Source: Trypethelium eluteriae (Eukaryota). From it: 35,937 nucleotides of DNA. Both the position numbers and the translations under genes were made by a program. This document shows positions 1 to 9,772 of the stretch, in pieces (position 1 is the first letter of the stretch; each line of letters starts with the position of its first letter). The notes below the pieces were generated by a model that saw only the letters and a list, made by a program, of their open reading frames with translations, was not told the DNA's origin and ran no database searches. The stretch lies in the NCBI GenBank assembly GCA_051942245.1, contig JAVECL010000209.1, positions 1 to 35,937 of the forward strand. Reading direction: 5' to 3'.

Positions 1-349
1 TCCGTCCACAGGTCCCCCCCTCTCCGGCCCAGTGACCATCACCACCACCGAGCCCTGCCACGAGTGCACCAAGAAACCTTCTCACTCTCCGCCGGCGTCG
101 TCGTCCGCCCTCGCATCCGAAGCCAGCGACGGTCAGGTCCAGGCCCCGGTGCCGCTTGTCTCGGAGGCCACGGACGGTCAGGCACAGGCGCCACCGCCGG
201 GGCGAGGCTTCGGAGCGGGAACAGGGTTTGTGAGTACGAGCGTCATCAGTACGTTTATGCGGAATCAGACGTTGGGGGTGGGTTGTCCGTGTACGCAGGA
301 GGTGGTGCAGACGTGTTCGAGGGTGGCAGTTGTGATGCAGGTCGGGTAA
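1..349 (+). CDS. 3' portion of a Pro/Ser/Thr-rich cell-wall protein with two PIR-like repeats (5' end outside window)
   Basis: Frame 2 is open from the window edge to TAA 347-349. It contains SEASDGQVQA (116-145) and SEATDGQAQA (161-190), which match the PIR repeat core DGQ(V/I)QA. Confidence 0.7.
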   Translation, partial: PSTGPPLSGPVTITTTEPCHECTKKPSHSPPASSSALASEASDGQVQAPVPLVSEATDGQAQAPPPGRGFGAGTGFVSTSVISTFMRNQTLGVGCPCTQEVVQTCSRVAVVMQVG

Positions 350-920
350 TGTGGATTGAGTATTTTGTGTTGCTTTTGCAGGAAATGGGATGTGGAGTAT
401 CGAAGCTATTGGTCTTTGGAATATATGGCGGATGGAGGAGATGCCTATTTGATGGGGTTCAATCTGGGTCAGTGATGTGAATTTCTCAAGTGGACAGGGC
501 TTCTGTCGACCCTATTACTCTCGGACGTAGGGCGATCATCACATTGGCGTTTCGGATCTTAGGGCGAATCTAATGTTCTGTTGGTTGACATTCCAAAGAA
601 CGAATCCCGTCGGTATAGCTCTTAATGTTTAGCAATTAGAAAGACCACAGTTTGAGCAAGAATGTTAGCGTGTTTCAAAGCCGAATGCATATTTCGGACT
701 GATATACAACGCCTTAAAGCCTATGGTACCGCCTTCATGATTTGCTAAGGTGAAAAGTTTTGTAGGACATCGATCCCTGGAGACAGATAGGGTGCATGGT
801 GAATCAAGCTCCCGTCACACCACAACCACCTGCTCAGAAGTTCTGCATCCAATCTTACCATCCATCATACAGTCCCTGATCCTCCATTGTTGATCGCTGA
901 GAGCGTATGCGGTTCATACC

Positions 921-1719
921 CTACTCTACTTCCCCTTCCTTGCTGCCCTCAAAGTTGGTGCCCTCCACGAGCTCAGGGATATCGTCGTCATCGTCACCAT
1001 CCTTCTTTTCACCATCCTCACCCTTCTCCTTCTGCATGCTCTGGTAGGATTCCGCAAGGCGGCGCAGTGAGGCGAGCGAGTCCGGCCCCAGCTGGTTCAG
1101 GATGCCCGGGACAAGCTCGGTCAGCTCCTTGTCTTCGCCAGCACCATAGATGGCGAAGGTGTTGGCCGGGACTGAAGCGTGGACTACGAGGAGAAGAATG
1201 GGTTAGTGGGGCTATGTTTTAAGACTTGGGGGCTGAATGGAGAAGAGACAGAAGGGTTGGTGAATGCGATCTGGCATACCCTTGGGAGCAGAGAAGTGAA
1301 TGACGTTGCCATCACTTTTGAACATATTGACCTCCTCGATGGCTTGGATGGGTTGGACGTTAGTCTTCTTGAGGGCAGCTTGGAGCTTCTTGTCATCGGT
1401 GCCAGCGCTCTTGTGGACCTTCTTCACTTTTCTCCTGGGTGTCCCTTTTCCGCTAGAAGATTAAAGACATCAGCTGCAGTCTGAGGAATGCAAATGTGAA
1501 CAGGCAACACGTAGGTTACGTCAAAGGAACGAAGAGCGGTGTCGCATGGACTCGGTGACTGAGGGGAAGGCTTACCCTAGCGAAGATGTGGTCAGCAAAG
1601 ATCGTTCATGAAGCTCAGCTCGAGCTTTAGGACAGCGATGACGAATGCACAATCCAGAAAGGACTGAACTCACCAATCCGAACGGATTGCTGCATCCGCT
1701 TTAACTTTTCGGTATCCAT
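921..1719 (-). CDS. EGD1: Nascent polypeptide-associated complex subunit beta (BTF3 family), ~160 aa; exons 1719-1674, 1576 (1 nt), 1452-1280, 1183-921
   Basis: Spliced translation [30 protein letters not shown]...[34 protein letters not shown]...[15 protein letters not shown]...DDDIPELV. All three introns are GT-AG with CTRAY branch sites. Total 483 nt, in frame. Confidence 0.95.
1576..1576 (-). other. EGD1: One-nucleotide microexon (G) of EGD1
   Basis: The minus strand reads GCTGAC-CACATCTTCGCTAG|G|GTAAGC: branch site, acceptor, a single G, then a perfect donor. This G supplies the middle base of Gly codon G|G|C. Confidence 0.85.
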
Positions 1720-2149
1720 ATCGGCGTACGATCTCGCAAGCTCTCGCCGAAGACTTGGTTATGGATTCGGCTCCTTTTCACTGGTCAGATGGAATCCCAA
1801 CAAATGAAGAGATAACTTCCAATTCGTACCGAGTTGCGAGGCGAGAAGGAAGGCAGATTGTGGGAGGCGTGAGGGTAGCACGGTGAGTGAGGTCCAAGAG
1901 CTTGGCGGTGCGGTGGGATTCTGCCGTTTGAGTGCGACTTTCGCTAAAACTGCGGCCAAACCGTCTAAAGCGGAGCGGCTCAATTAGTCAAGTAATCAAC
2001 CATACCTTTAGGTAGGTAGGTATGCAAAGCCTGATTCGCCTGAGTCCCACAATGCTAATCTATATAGGCAGATACTGTTCATAGCATCAGAAATACACAA
2101 TCTAGACACCGCCGTATCCAGAGCTCATACCCTGAGATCAATTCCATCC

Positions 2150-3135
2150 TCATTCAAACCCAAACCTCCTCACCTCCGCCTCACTCCATTCCCACAACTC
2201 CCTCGCCAACCCGTCCTTTCTCGCATGCCAATAACTGCCTCCATTCTCCCTCGCTACCGGTATATAATACGCACCACTCTTCACTCCCTCCATCGTCGCC
2301 GCCCACAACTGATTCAGCGCTCCATCCTCCTTCGTCAAAAACACCGGCGTCTTCCCCAACACCTTGACAATCTGCCGCACCACCACATTCGTCGTCTTCT
2401 GACTCGCATACAGCTCCGTCTCAATGATACCGGGGTGCACCGCCGCCGCCGTCAGCTGCTCGGGATATCGCCGCGCGAGCTCCCGCGCAAACAGGATGTT
2501 CGCCAGCTTCGACTGCCCGTACCGACGCCATGCGCCGTACGACTCAAGCTGCTCGGCCGAGTAGATGATGCCTGGGGGAGGCGCCAGGCCGTGGGCGATG
2601 GAGGAGACGGCGATGACGCGTGGGGTCGGCGAGGTGGCGAGGAGGGTGGGCAGGAGCAGGCGGGTGAGCAGGAAGTGGCCGAGGTGGTTGGTGCCGAATT
2701 GGATTTCGTGGTTTTGCGGGGTAAGCGCATAGGGTACGGCCATGATGCCAGCGTTGTGGATGAGGATGTCGAGGCGGTCGGATTGGGTTTGGAAGGTCTG
2801 CGCTGCTTGGGAGATGGAGGGGAAGGAGGCGAGGTCGAGAGGGAGGTAAGTGATTTTGGCTGAAGGGACTTGCTCTTGGATGTCGGCTATGGCGGCTTCG
2901 GCTTTGGACTGTGTTCGAGCGGCGAGGAAGATGTTGGCTGGATCGTGTTTGGCGAGTTGAAGGATCGTTTCTTTACCCAGACCAGTATTGCCTTGCTCAT
3001 ATAAGCTTTGCTTGTTTATCAACAAAAGAAATGCTGACCTCCAGTGACTAGAATGACTTTTCCGGCAAGGTTGGGTATGTCCTTTTCAGGTTGGAATTTG
3101 GGAGACATGCCGAAAAGAATTTGAAGAGTTTCCAT
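2150..3135 (-). CDS. Short-chain dehydrogenase/reductase (retinol dehydrogenase/WWOX-like); exons 3135-3039, 2991-2150
   Basis: TGGNTGLG cofactor motif is assembled across a 47-nt intron (GTCAG...AAG). Also HNAG, NHLGHF, YGQSK (YxxxK) and HPG motifs. Confidence 0.92.
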
Positions 3136-3739
3136 TAACAACCCAAGATTTATAAATGCGAACAGCTCTGTGAAATTTCGAAAGATTGGAAAAATAATGG
3201 CCGAGAAGACAGACCGGTTCGCAGCTTGAGTTTTTGATGCCTGCTTTGGCTTGCCTTTCATATGATCTATTTGCGCCTCTTTATCGAGGGCCATCGTATC
3301 TCTATGTACTTCAAGTTCTCGTCCGAGAATTGTTGCTCTCTCCACATTCCGAGATAATCAAATAGTCGTTCGAGGAAGCTTCAAACGATGATTAGAAAGG
3401 CTCCAGAGGTCGGAGGGATTGGTGTTTCGACGTGTTGGCAGGGATGATGATCGCACGTCACTGGTGCTCCTTGTCGGCCGAGAAGTACACCCTGGCTCCA
3501 CAAGCGAAAATACCTACAGCTAGAAGATGCAATGCCGAGCTCAGGTCATTGGCCAATTTGGAGCACATTACATGCAGTCATGGGTACGTTCCAAAGTTGG
3601 TCCGTCATTGTTCTACCTACCTAACCTAGGCAGAACTATCAGATACGTTCTCCGCATGATGCTGCATTCCACAGCACATTCCGATATGCGCTGCGCCAAA
3701 TAAGGGTATCTACGAAAATTCAAACTCAAACCCAGACCC

Positions 3740-5937
3740 TCAGTAGCCGAAATACTCTGTAAGCAAGAATATACCCTGTGCCCCCGTCCCTTTGTGTACC
3801 GCCCTCTCGTTGCTGAGAGCGACGGTAGACAAGCGGACATCATCGCACAAACCCTTCGGTCCACAGACGACGACCGCACTCTCCCCGAGGGCCTGCTCCA
3901 GCGTCTTGCGAATGATGTTGCGTGGCTTTGGCCGACCCCCAAGGACAGAGACAGCTGGATCAAGCAGGTTTCTCCTCTTCTGCTCAGAAGAAGAGTTCCT
4001 TGGCGCTATGGACGATGCTTCGACCGTCGAAGAGGTCTCTGATTCGGAAGCATTGCAGTTGCAGACCGCGGCTGAAATTGCATCCCCGTCGTCAACCGCA
4101 GCGCGGCAGCAACATGTGCCATTGGGTCCGCACCCGCCTTTGCGCTGCTCACCCGGCTCGCTTGATGTCTCTGAGCTCATCTCTTTCACTTCACGCTGCT
4201 CGACTTTTTCGGATAGCTTCTTGTCTGTATCTCCGCTAGGCTTGGAGATTTCTTCCACGACACCATGCTTGACGCCGCTGGTTCCCTTGTGCTCGGAAAT
4301 GTACAGCTCATCGCAAGTCACGTAAACACTGATGTCCACCGTCACGTCCGCGCCTAGTCTCCTAAGCTCTTCAACGTCCTGTACGACTTCAGTGAGCTGG
4401 TTGGCAAACCACTCTATTTGGCCCTTGCTCTTCACGACCCACACGAATCGGATGTGTCTTGTGACTGCTCCTTCCGGATTGGCCAAGAAGCCACGTCGCT
4501 CACCAGCGCCTCCGCGGGCCTTCTTCCACGAGCTTACAAGGTCGCGCATAAGAGGCATTGTAAAAGTGGCGCCAGTGCTTCCGGCGAACAACACAATGCT
4601 GTCAAATTGGTGCAGTGGCCGGCTCTGTCCATATGGGCCCTCTATGGCGGAAATCTTGCCGTGTGCAACTTTGAGATCCACAGTTGATGATGGTAATCCA
4701 CCATTCTTAGACGCATGGCGGTAGAAAGACTTGGTAGCACCTTTGTTCGATTTTGCCAGTAGTTCCAGCTTCCCATCTTCAGGAATGGAGGCGATGGTAA
4801 ACGGATGACTTTGTAGTGGGACGACGGAATGACAGGAGAGAAAGACAAATTGCCCTGGTTTCCAGCTGATCGGCGGGTTCTTAATGGTGATCCGAGTAGT
4901 CTCATGAGGTAAGGGTGTGAACTCGGCTTGGCAGCTAAGAAAGCCAGGATTGGGGGCGTTCTTGCGTTGTTTGGGATGGAAGAAGGAAATGTTGATCCAA
5001 GCGATTCGCAGGACTCGTGCGAGGCGATCAAGACAGACGAGTGCGATGCATATGTATACCCAGTATCTTGGTCCGTCGGTTCCGGCAGGGACGTGCAGCC
5101 AGACAATGGCCAAAAAGGCAGAGAATGAGATGATGTGCTGTATGACAAAGAATTCATAGCACCAGCCACGAATCGGTGTCATAGAAGAAAAGACTAGCCA
5201 AAGTAGAAGCGCCCACGCGATTAAGCCACGCTGCGTTATTTGATCAGTCGTGATTTTGACCGTAATGTAGTCATATGGCGCCCAGTCCGCGAACCAATAT
5301 CCCATATGAATGGTGACGGTGAGGAGCAAGCACCGCGCAACCCAACGGTGGATCCAGTTCAGCTTCTCATAGCTAAAGCCAGTCAAAGCACCAATGATGT
5401 TGTTCTTGCCGGCTAACAGAAAAAGTAGTGGAAGTTGGCAAAGGTTGATGAATCCAGTTCGGTAGCCAATATCTTCATAGCTATTGGGGTCTTTCGGGTC
5501 CAGTTTGTAGAAGCAGAGGACGAGAAGGACCACAACATTTCCGAGGATGAGTGAAGCACGCCCCAACCTTGGAAAACGCAGCGCGAAACCCTGAACTCGG
5601 ATGGGGGCAAATGAAGCATAAGCCGCTTCCCGAGTCACTGCAGTCAGCGTTGCGTAGCACGTCCAAAACCATGATTTTGGCTTTGCTGGTGTTGCAACAC
5701 CTCTCCTGGCAGCTGACAATCTGCAGAATGTTATAGAGCTTGAACCCATGTTTCTCAATATGGGAACCCCTACCTCAGGCGATAGTTAATCCAATTCAGG
5801 ACGTTGAACACTGTAGCAACGCCAATCACTGTTCCCACGACAGCCCAGTACATTTGCTGCATGTACGGAAGACTTGGGATTCCATCCCCCATATCCATTC
5901 CACTCATGTCCATCCCGTCCATTCCATCTGAATCCAT
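3740..5937 (-). CDS. Ferric/cupric reductase (FRE/NOX family), ~714 aa; exons 5937-5774, 5720-3740
   Basis: Two H-x13-H heme pairs (HRWVARCLLLTVTIH and HIISFSAFLAIVWLH), FAD motif HPFT, NADPH motifs AGSTGAT and VCGP, and C-terminal EYFGY. The true N-terminus MDSDGMDGMDMSGMDMG is joined by a 53-nt intron (5773-5721). Confidence 0.93.
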
Positions 5938-6488
5938 ATTCGCAACTGCTGTCTTGGAATCTAGAAAACAGGCGGAGATTTGAAAAGTCGGTACGGACTA
6001 TAAAAACTTTTATCTTCTCAATGTTTTTCTCCCTTCTTATCAAAAGAAGGATTTAAGAGATTTTAAAGAGTCGTCCAGCTCTTACAGTCATTCGTCCACA
6101 AGAAAGGTTTTGCATTAAAAGTTGAGAGTGTTCGTCACCTCGAAGCACTGAGGGAGAATAGAATCAGGATACAAAACTGAAAAAAAAGCGGTACAATCCA
6201 GACGAGGGACGGAAAGGAAAGCTTGATTCGAATAGGCAGTTTGGTAGTTTGAGTTAGGTACCTTTCTACATTCCCCTCCTCCGTAGCTGGGATGGATTGA
6301 CCATTGTTTCGAGAGCTGCAGAAACACGGCAACCACGAGACCCTTGCCTGCCCGACACCGTCCGCGCCGCCAGTAGTCAAGCGTCTGGGTCTGGACGCTG
6401 CCGTGCGAGGATATGAGCAGGTTTCCTGCCTCGCCATTGGCCGAAGAGCCGCGGACCCGCTTTTCCGAAGGAAGGAGCGGCGGAAGAT

Positions 6489-6542
6489 CTTGCTCAATTC
6501 GCTCAATGCGGTCAATGTGCTCAACGTGCTCAACTTGCTCAA
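6489..6542 (+). promoter_or_regulatory. Tandem array of six 9-bp units (consensus YKTGCTCAA), putative Mac1/CuRE copper-response elements in the divergent FRE-CTR promoter
   Basis: Units: CTTGCTCAA TTCGCTCAA TGCGGTCAA TGTGCTCAA CGTGCTCAA CTTGCTCAA. The GCTCA core matches the S. cerevisiae Mac1 element TTTGC(T/G)C(A/G). The array is ~550 bp from the FRE ATG and ~510 bp from the CTR ATG. One more TGCTCA lies on the minus strand at 6414-6419. Confidence 0.75.
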
Positions 6543-7050
6543 ATCATGCATGGCTGTGTTTACTCCGACACTTCAGCAAACCTAGCCCTGCCCAGAAGAA
6601 TAATCCATGGCTGTCACCAACGATCTGCTGCACGTAAGCTGGTCGATTGCGCACTCCTCCAAGCAAGCCCACACCATCGGACCAACCGCCAGGTTTGGGT
6701 AAGGCTCGCCAAGCACAGTACCCACGAGGGTCCTACAGCTTGTCCACTCTCCCAAACAGCGGATTAGACTTTGTTCTGTTCGATCTGCTCTACCGTCTCT
6801 CGCGTGTTCGTCCTCAAAACATTTTCTCCACATGGTTGAGACTCCAATTGTCTTCGACTTGTCCTTCTTCTCCTCCGTCAAGTAACATTCTCATATCAAC
6901 GCAACTCCTTAGACTCCCTGCTCTGCGACCTTTGCTTCCTTAAAATTCCCCAATTCCTATCACATTTACCCGTTGTAGCCAAACCGCATCGCAAACACAT
7001 CATCTCATTGGGTCAATCTCTACACTGTGCCTCTCTGTATACACTCCAAG

Positions 7051-7706
7051 ATGGACATGAGTTCAATGAGCATGACTACATCCTCCAGCATGCCTTCGTC
7101 GACATCAGACGGCATGGGCATGAGCGGCACGACCACAATGGATATGGCAATGATGCAGATGACCTTCTTCCAAGCCCAAGACACATCGCTATGGACTATG
7201 CAACTTACACCAACCTCCACAGGCTCCTACGCTGGAACCTGTATTCTCTTGATCATCCTCGCCGTCATCTTCAGAGGCCTCTTCGCCGCCAAGCATTACG
7301 CTGAGCACTACTGGAGAAATCAAACCGCACAACGAAAATACGTTACTGTCGCTGGCAAGCGCACCGATGCCGAAAACATCCGCGCTCATGACGATGCCAA
7401 AGATGCCGTCATTTCTGTGAATGGTATCGAAGAGGGCGTTCGCATAGTTGAAAGGCACCACACTCCAATTCAGCCTTTCAGGCTTACAGTAGACCCTCTA
7501 CGAGCACTTCTCATGACTACCATTGTCACCATCGGATATCTCCTGTAAGTGTGAACCACTCGTCATGTCGATCCCCATGGCTGATTTGAATTAGTATGCT
7601 TGCTGTCATGACTATGAATGTTGGCTATTTCCTTTCTGTTCTTGGTGGTACTTTCCTGGGCGAGCTGGCTCTCGGCAGGATCTCGCAGGGAACAGCGATG
7701 GTCTAG
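7051..7706 (+). CDS. Ctr-family high-affinity copper transporter, ~201 aa; exons 7051-7544, 7595-7706
   Basis: Met-rich N-terminus (MDMSSMSM...MDMAMMQMTF), three hydrophobic segments, MxxxM (MLAVM) in TM2 and GxxxG (GTFLG) in TM3. 50-nt intron GTAAGT...GCTGAT...TAG. Confidence 0.95.
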
Positions 7707-8637
7707 TGGGACGATATCCTGAAGTTAGCGCGGTGTTATTATGTGCTCGGCTGGGCGATGAGCAAGCTTTACGAATTTTGATTGCGTTGATTTATGTACA
7801 AATTAATAACTTTTACGAAAAATGTCAAAATTCAGGACACTCCCAAGTCTAGGCTCTGCAGAGTATCGTGTACACAAGCCTTCCACGTTCCTGCCGCTTG
7901 GTTCCCAAGTACCCTGATAGTTTTCCGTGGCTAAGGAAACTCTACCGTACACCACGGACTGGTTTCCCAAACCAGCCCTGAATGCATCAAACACGCGTCA
8001 AACAGCCTTTGACCTCGAGCCTTGTATGCCGAACTCTAAGACCGAGCTCCTCCGGGCTGCTCGCCTCATCCTCCAATGACCCTGGACCGACTGCCTTGTA
8101 CTCCGTAAATCTGTGTGCTTGATCCCGCATCCGGCAGTTTGAGTTAGGAGGGCATGCATGGGTCTGCTACACATGGCTGGTATATAGATGCCAAGACCGA
8201 CGGCGGTTGGAACCTATGAGACGGCGTCTACCGTTTTAGCGCGCTGCCCAAATCCAACCACCGCCTTTTGCCCTGCAGGTCAGAAACCTTCTCATTCTGC
8301 CTCACAAATACATACATGCATCTTACCAGCAATGGCGGAGGCGAGAATCCGTCAGGAAGCCGATCACTACGTGATTTCGCTACTACAGCAGCCGCCGGGA
8401 AGTCATGTCCCCCGTCGCTGTAACCCTTCAAAACATGCCTCCGGTGATCCTCTCTTTCGGCATCACCGCCGGCAAACTTGCATCCTCTAGCGGACAGCCA
8501 ACTATCCGTAGTGGAAGAGCAGGTTTGGGCTCCTGGAACAGCAGGTGGTGACGAGGCGAAGGAGGTCATGGAATGGCTAGATTCGCGGGTGACACAATGA
8601 AACGGAACAGAATCAACCTAATTGTTTGATCCGCACG

Positions 8638-8659
8638 CGGTGCTCACTTCGAAGCACCG
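8638..8659. promoter_or_regulatory. Inverted pair CGGTGCT-N8-AGCACCG whose left arm continues as GGTGCTCA (Mac1-like site), upstream of the BIM1-like gene
   Basis: Sequence cggtgctcacttcgaagcaccg lies ~325 bp upstream of ATG 8983. It has one full TGCTCA and one imperfect inverted copy. Confidence 0.35.
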
Positions 8660-8666
8660 AAGGACG

Positions 8667-8700
8667 GCCTACCAGAAAGCCTACAGGAAGCCTACAGGAA
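8667..8700 (+). repeat. Short tandem repeat, ~3 x GCCTACAGGAA
   Basis: GCCTACCAGAAA GCCTACAGGAA GCCTACAGGAA. Confidence 0.7.
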
Positions 8701-8982
8701 GGGGTCTAGGTCGGATCATGGCAGCCGCTGCAGTCTGCGGAATGTTGTCCCAGCTCGCGTTCTTTCCGCCATAAAGCTTCGGGTGTCCCCACGTGAAGTA
8801 TTGTTTCTCGGTCTCCAATTAACTCATTTCTCCATCTTCCATTCCGTTTTCTGTTCCTTGCATACAGCATTCTGTGTTTAAGCTTGTCCTGTGCTTTGAC
8901 ATCAGCCAAGCTTTCTCTACAGCACCCAATTGCTCTGAACAATTCACCTGGTCACCGTATCTCTTCTCCCCAAGCTTCATTC

Positions 8983-9772
8983 ATGATGTCTCTTAAAGCC
9001 ACCTTACTCGCACTCCTCCCTCTTGCGTCTGCACATTTCAAACTCAACTATCCCGCTGCCAGAGGTTTTGACGAGGACACACTACCTACATTCCCCTGCG
9101 GTGGCCAAAACAATGTCTCACCCAACCGCACCATGTGGCCCGTCGGTGGCCCTATCCAGCTCGACATGGGTCACATCTCGACAAACGTGCAGGTCCTTCT
9201 CGGCATGGGCAATGACCCAGGAAGCAACTTCGACACCATCCTCGTGCCCACCTTCCACGTGAATGGGCTGAACAACTTCTGTCTCGGCATGGTCGACCTC
9301 CCCTCCGGCCTCAACATGACAGACGGCATGAACGCCACAATCCAAGTTGTTACGAATGGCGACGATGGACCAGGTGGGCTGTACAACGTACGTGATCCGT
9401 CTTTCCTCCACTTCTCTCCCCTCGATCTTTAAAATCACCTGAGCTCGGAAGTGCTAACGCAATGCTTCATTCCAGTGCGCAGACGTCACCCTCACAAACA
9501 CACCACTCGATTCTACTGCCTACAGCCAGAACTGTATGAACAGCACCCACGTCACCTCGCAGCCCCTCCAGGGCGCCACCGAAACCACCATGGCCAATAG
9601 CACCGGCGACGGAACCGCTGTCTCCTCTTCGGCCTCTGGCTCGGCCTCACCTTCATCTTCATCTTCGTCCTCATCCTCGAGCTCCCAACCAAGCAGTGCC
9701 GCAGGGCTGGTGCGGGTGGCTGAATGGGGTCTTGTTACGGTAGCGGGCGCGGCTGGCTTCGCGCTTTTGTAA
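8983..9772 (+). CDS. GPI-anchored LPMO-like copper-binding protein (BIM1/Cbi1-X325 family), ~233 aa; exons 8983-9387, 9476-9772
   Basis: The signal peptide ends ...LASA, leaving His at mature position 1 (HFKLNYPAARG...PCGG). Second His at mature 47, GDD at 109-111 before LYN|CADV, four Cys, a Ser-rich stalk and a hydrophobic GPI-type tail. 88-nt intron GTACGT...GCTAAC...CAG. Confidence 0.88.

Noticed and set aside
1453..1673. Stwintron or frameshifted pseudogene explanation for EGD1
   Set aside because: Both introns have intact donor, branch and acceptor sites in the genome, so a 1-nt exon is simpler. The rest of the gene is fully conserved.
2225..2863. Long antisense ORFs (also 3792-4325, 27830-28531, 34603-35052)
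   Set aside because: They are shadows of well-supported genes on the other strand, with no independent motifs.
6009..6042. Two GATA sites suggesting SreA/iron control of the reductase
   Set aside because: Neither matches the extended ATCWGATAA element, GATA hexamers are common, and no ferroxidase/permease is nearby. Copper evidence is stronger.
6489..6542. CRISPR-like interpretation of the repeat array
   Set aside because: The units are 9 bp with no spacers, there are no cas genes, and the context is eukaryotic.
6135..6585. ORFs with repetitive LSTLSTL / LNVLNVL peptides
   Set aside because: They are translations of the 9-bp promoter array and lie in a divergent promoter.
8983..9772. Calling the His1 protein a catalytic LPMO (AA9/AA11/AA16)
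   Set aside because: The domain is small (~140 aa) and GPI-anchored, and its motif pattern fits the BIM1/X325 family.
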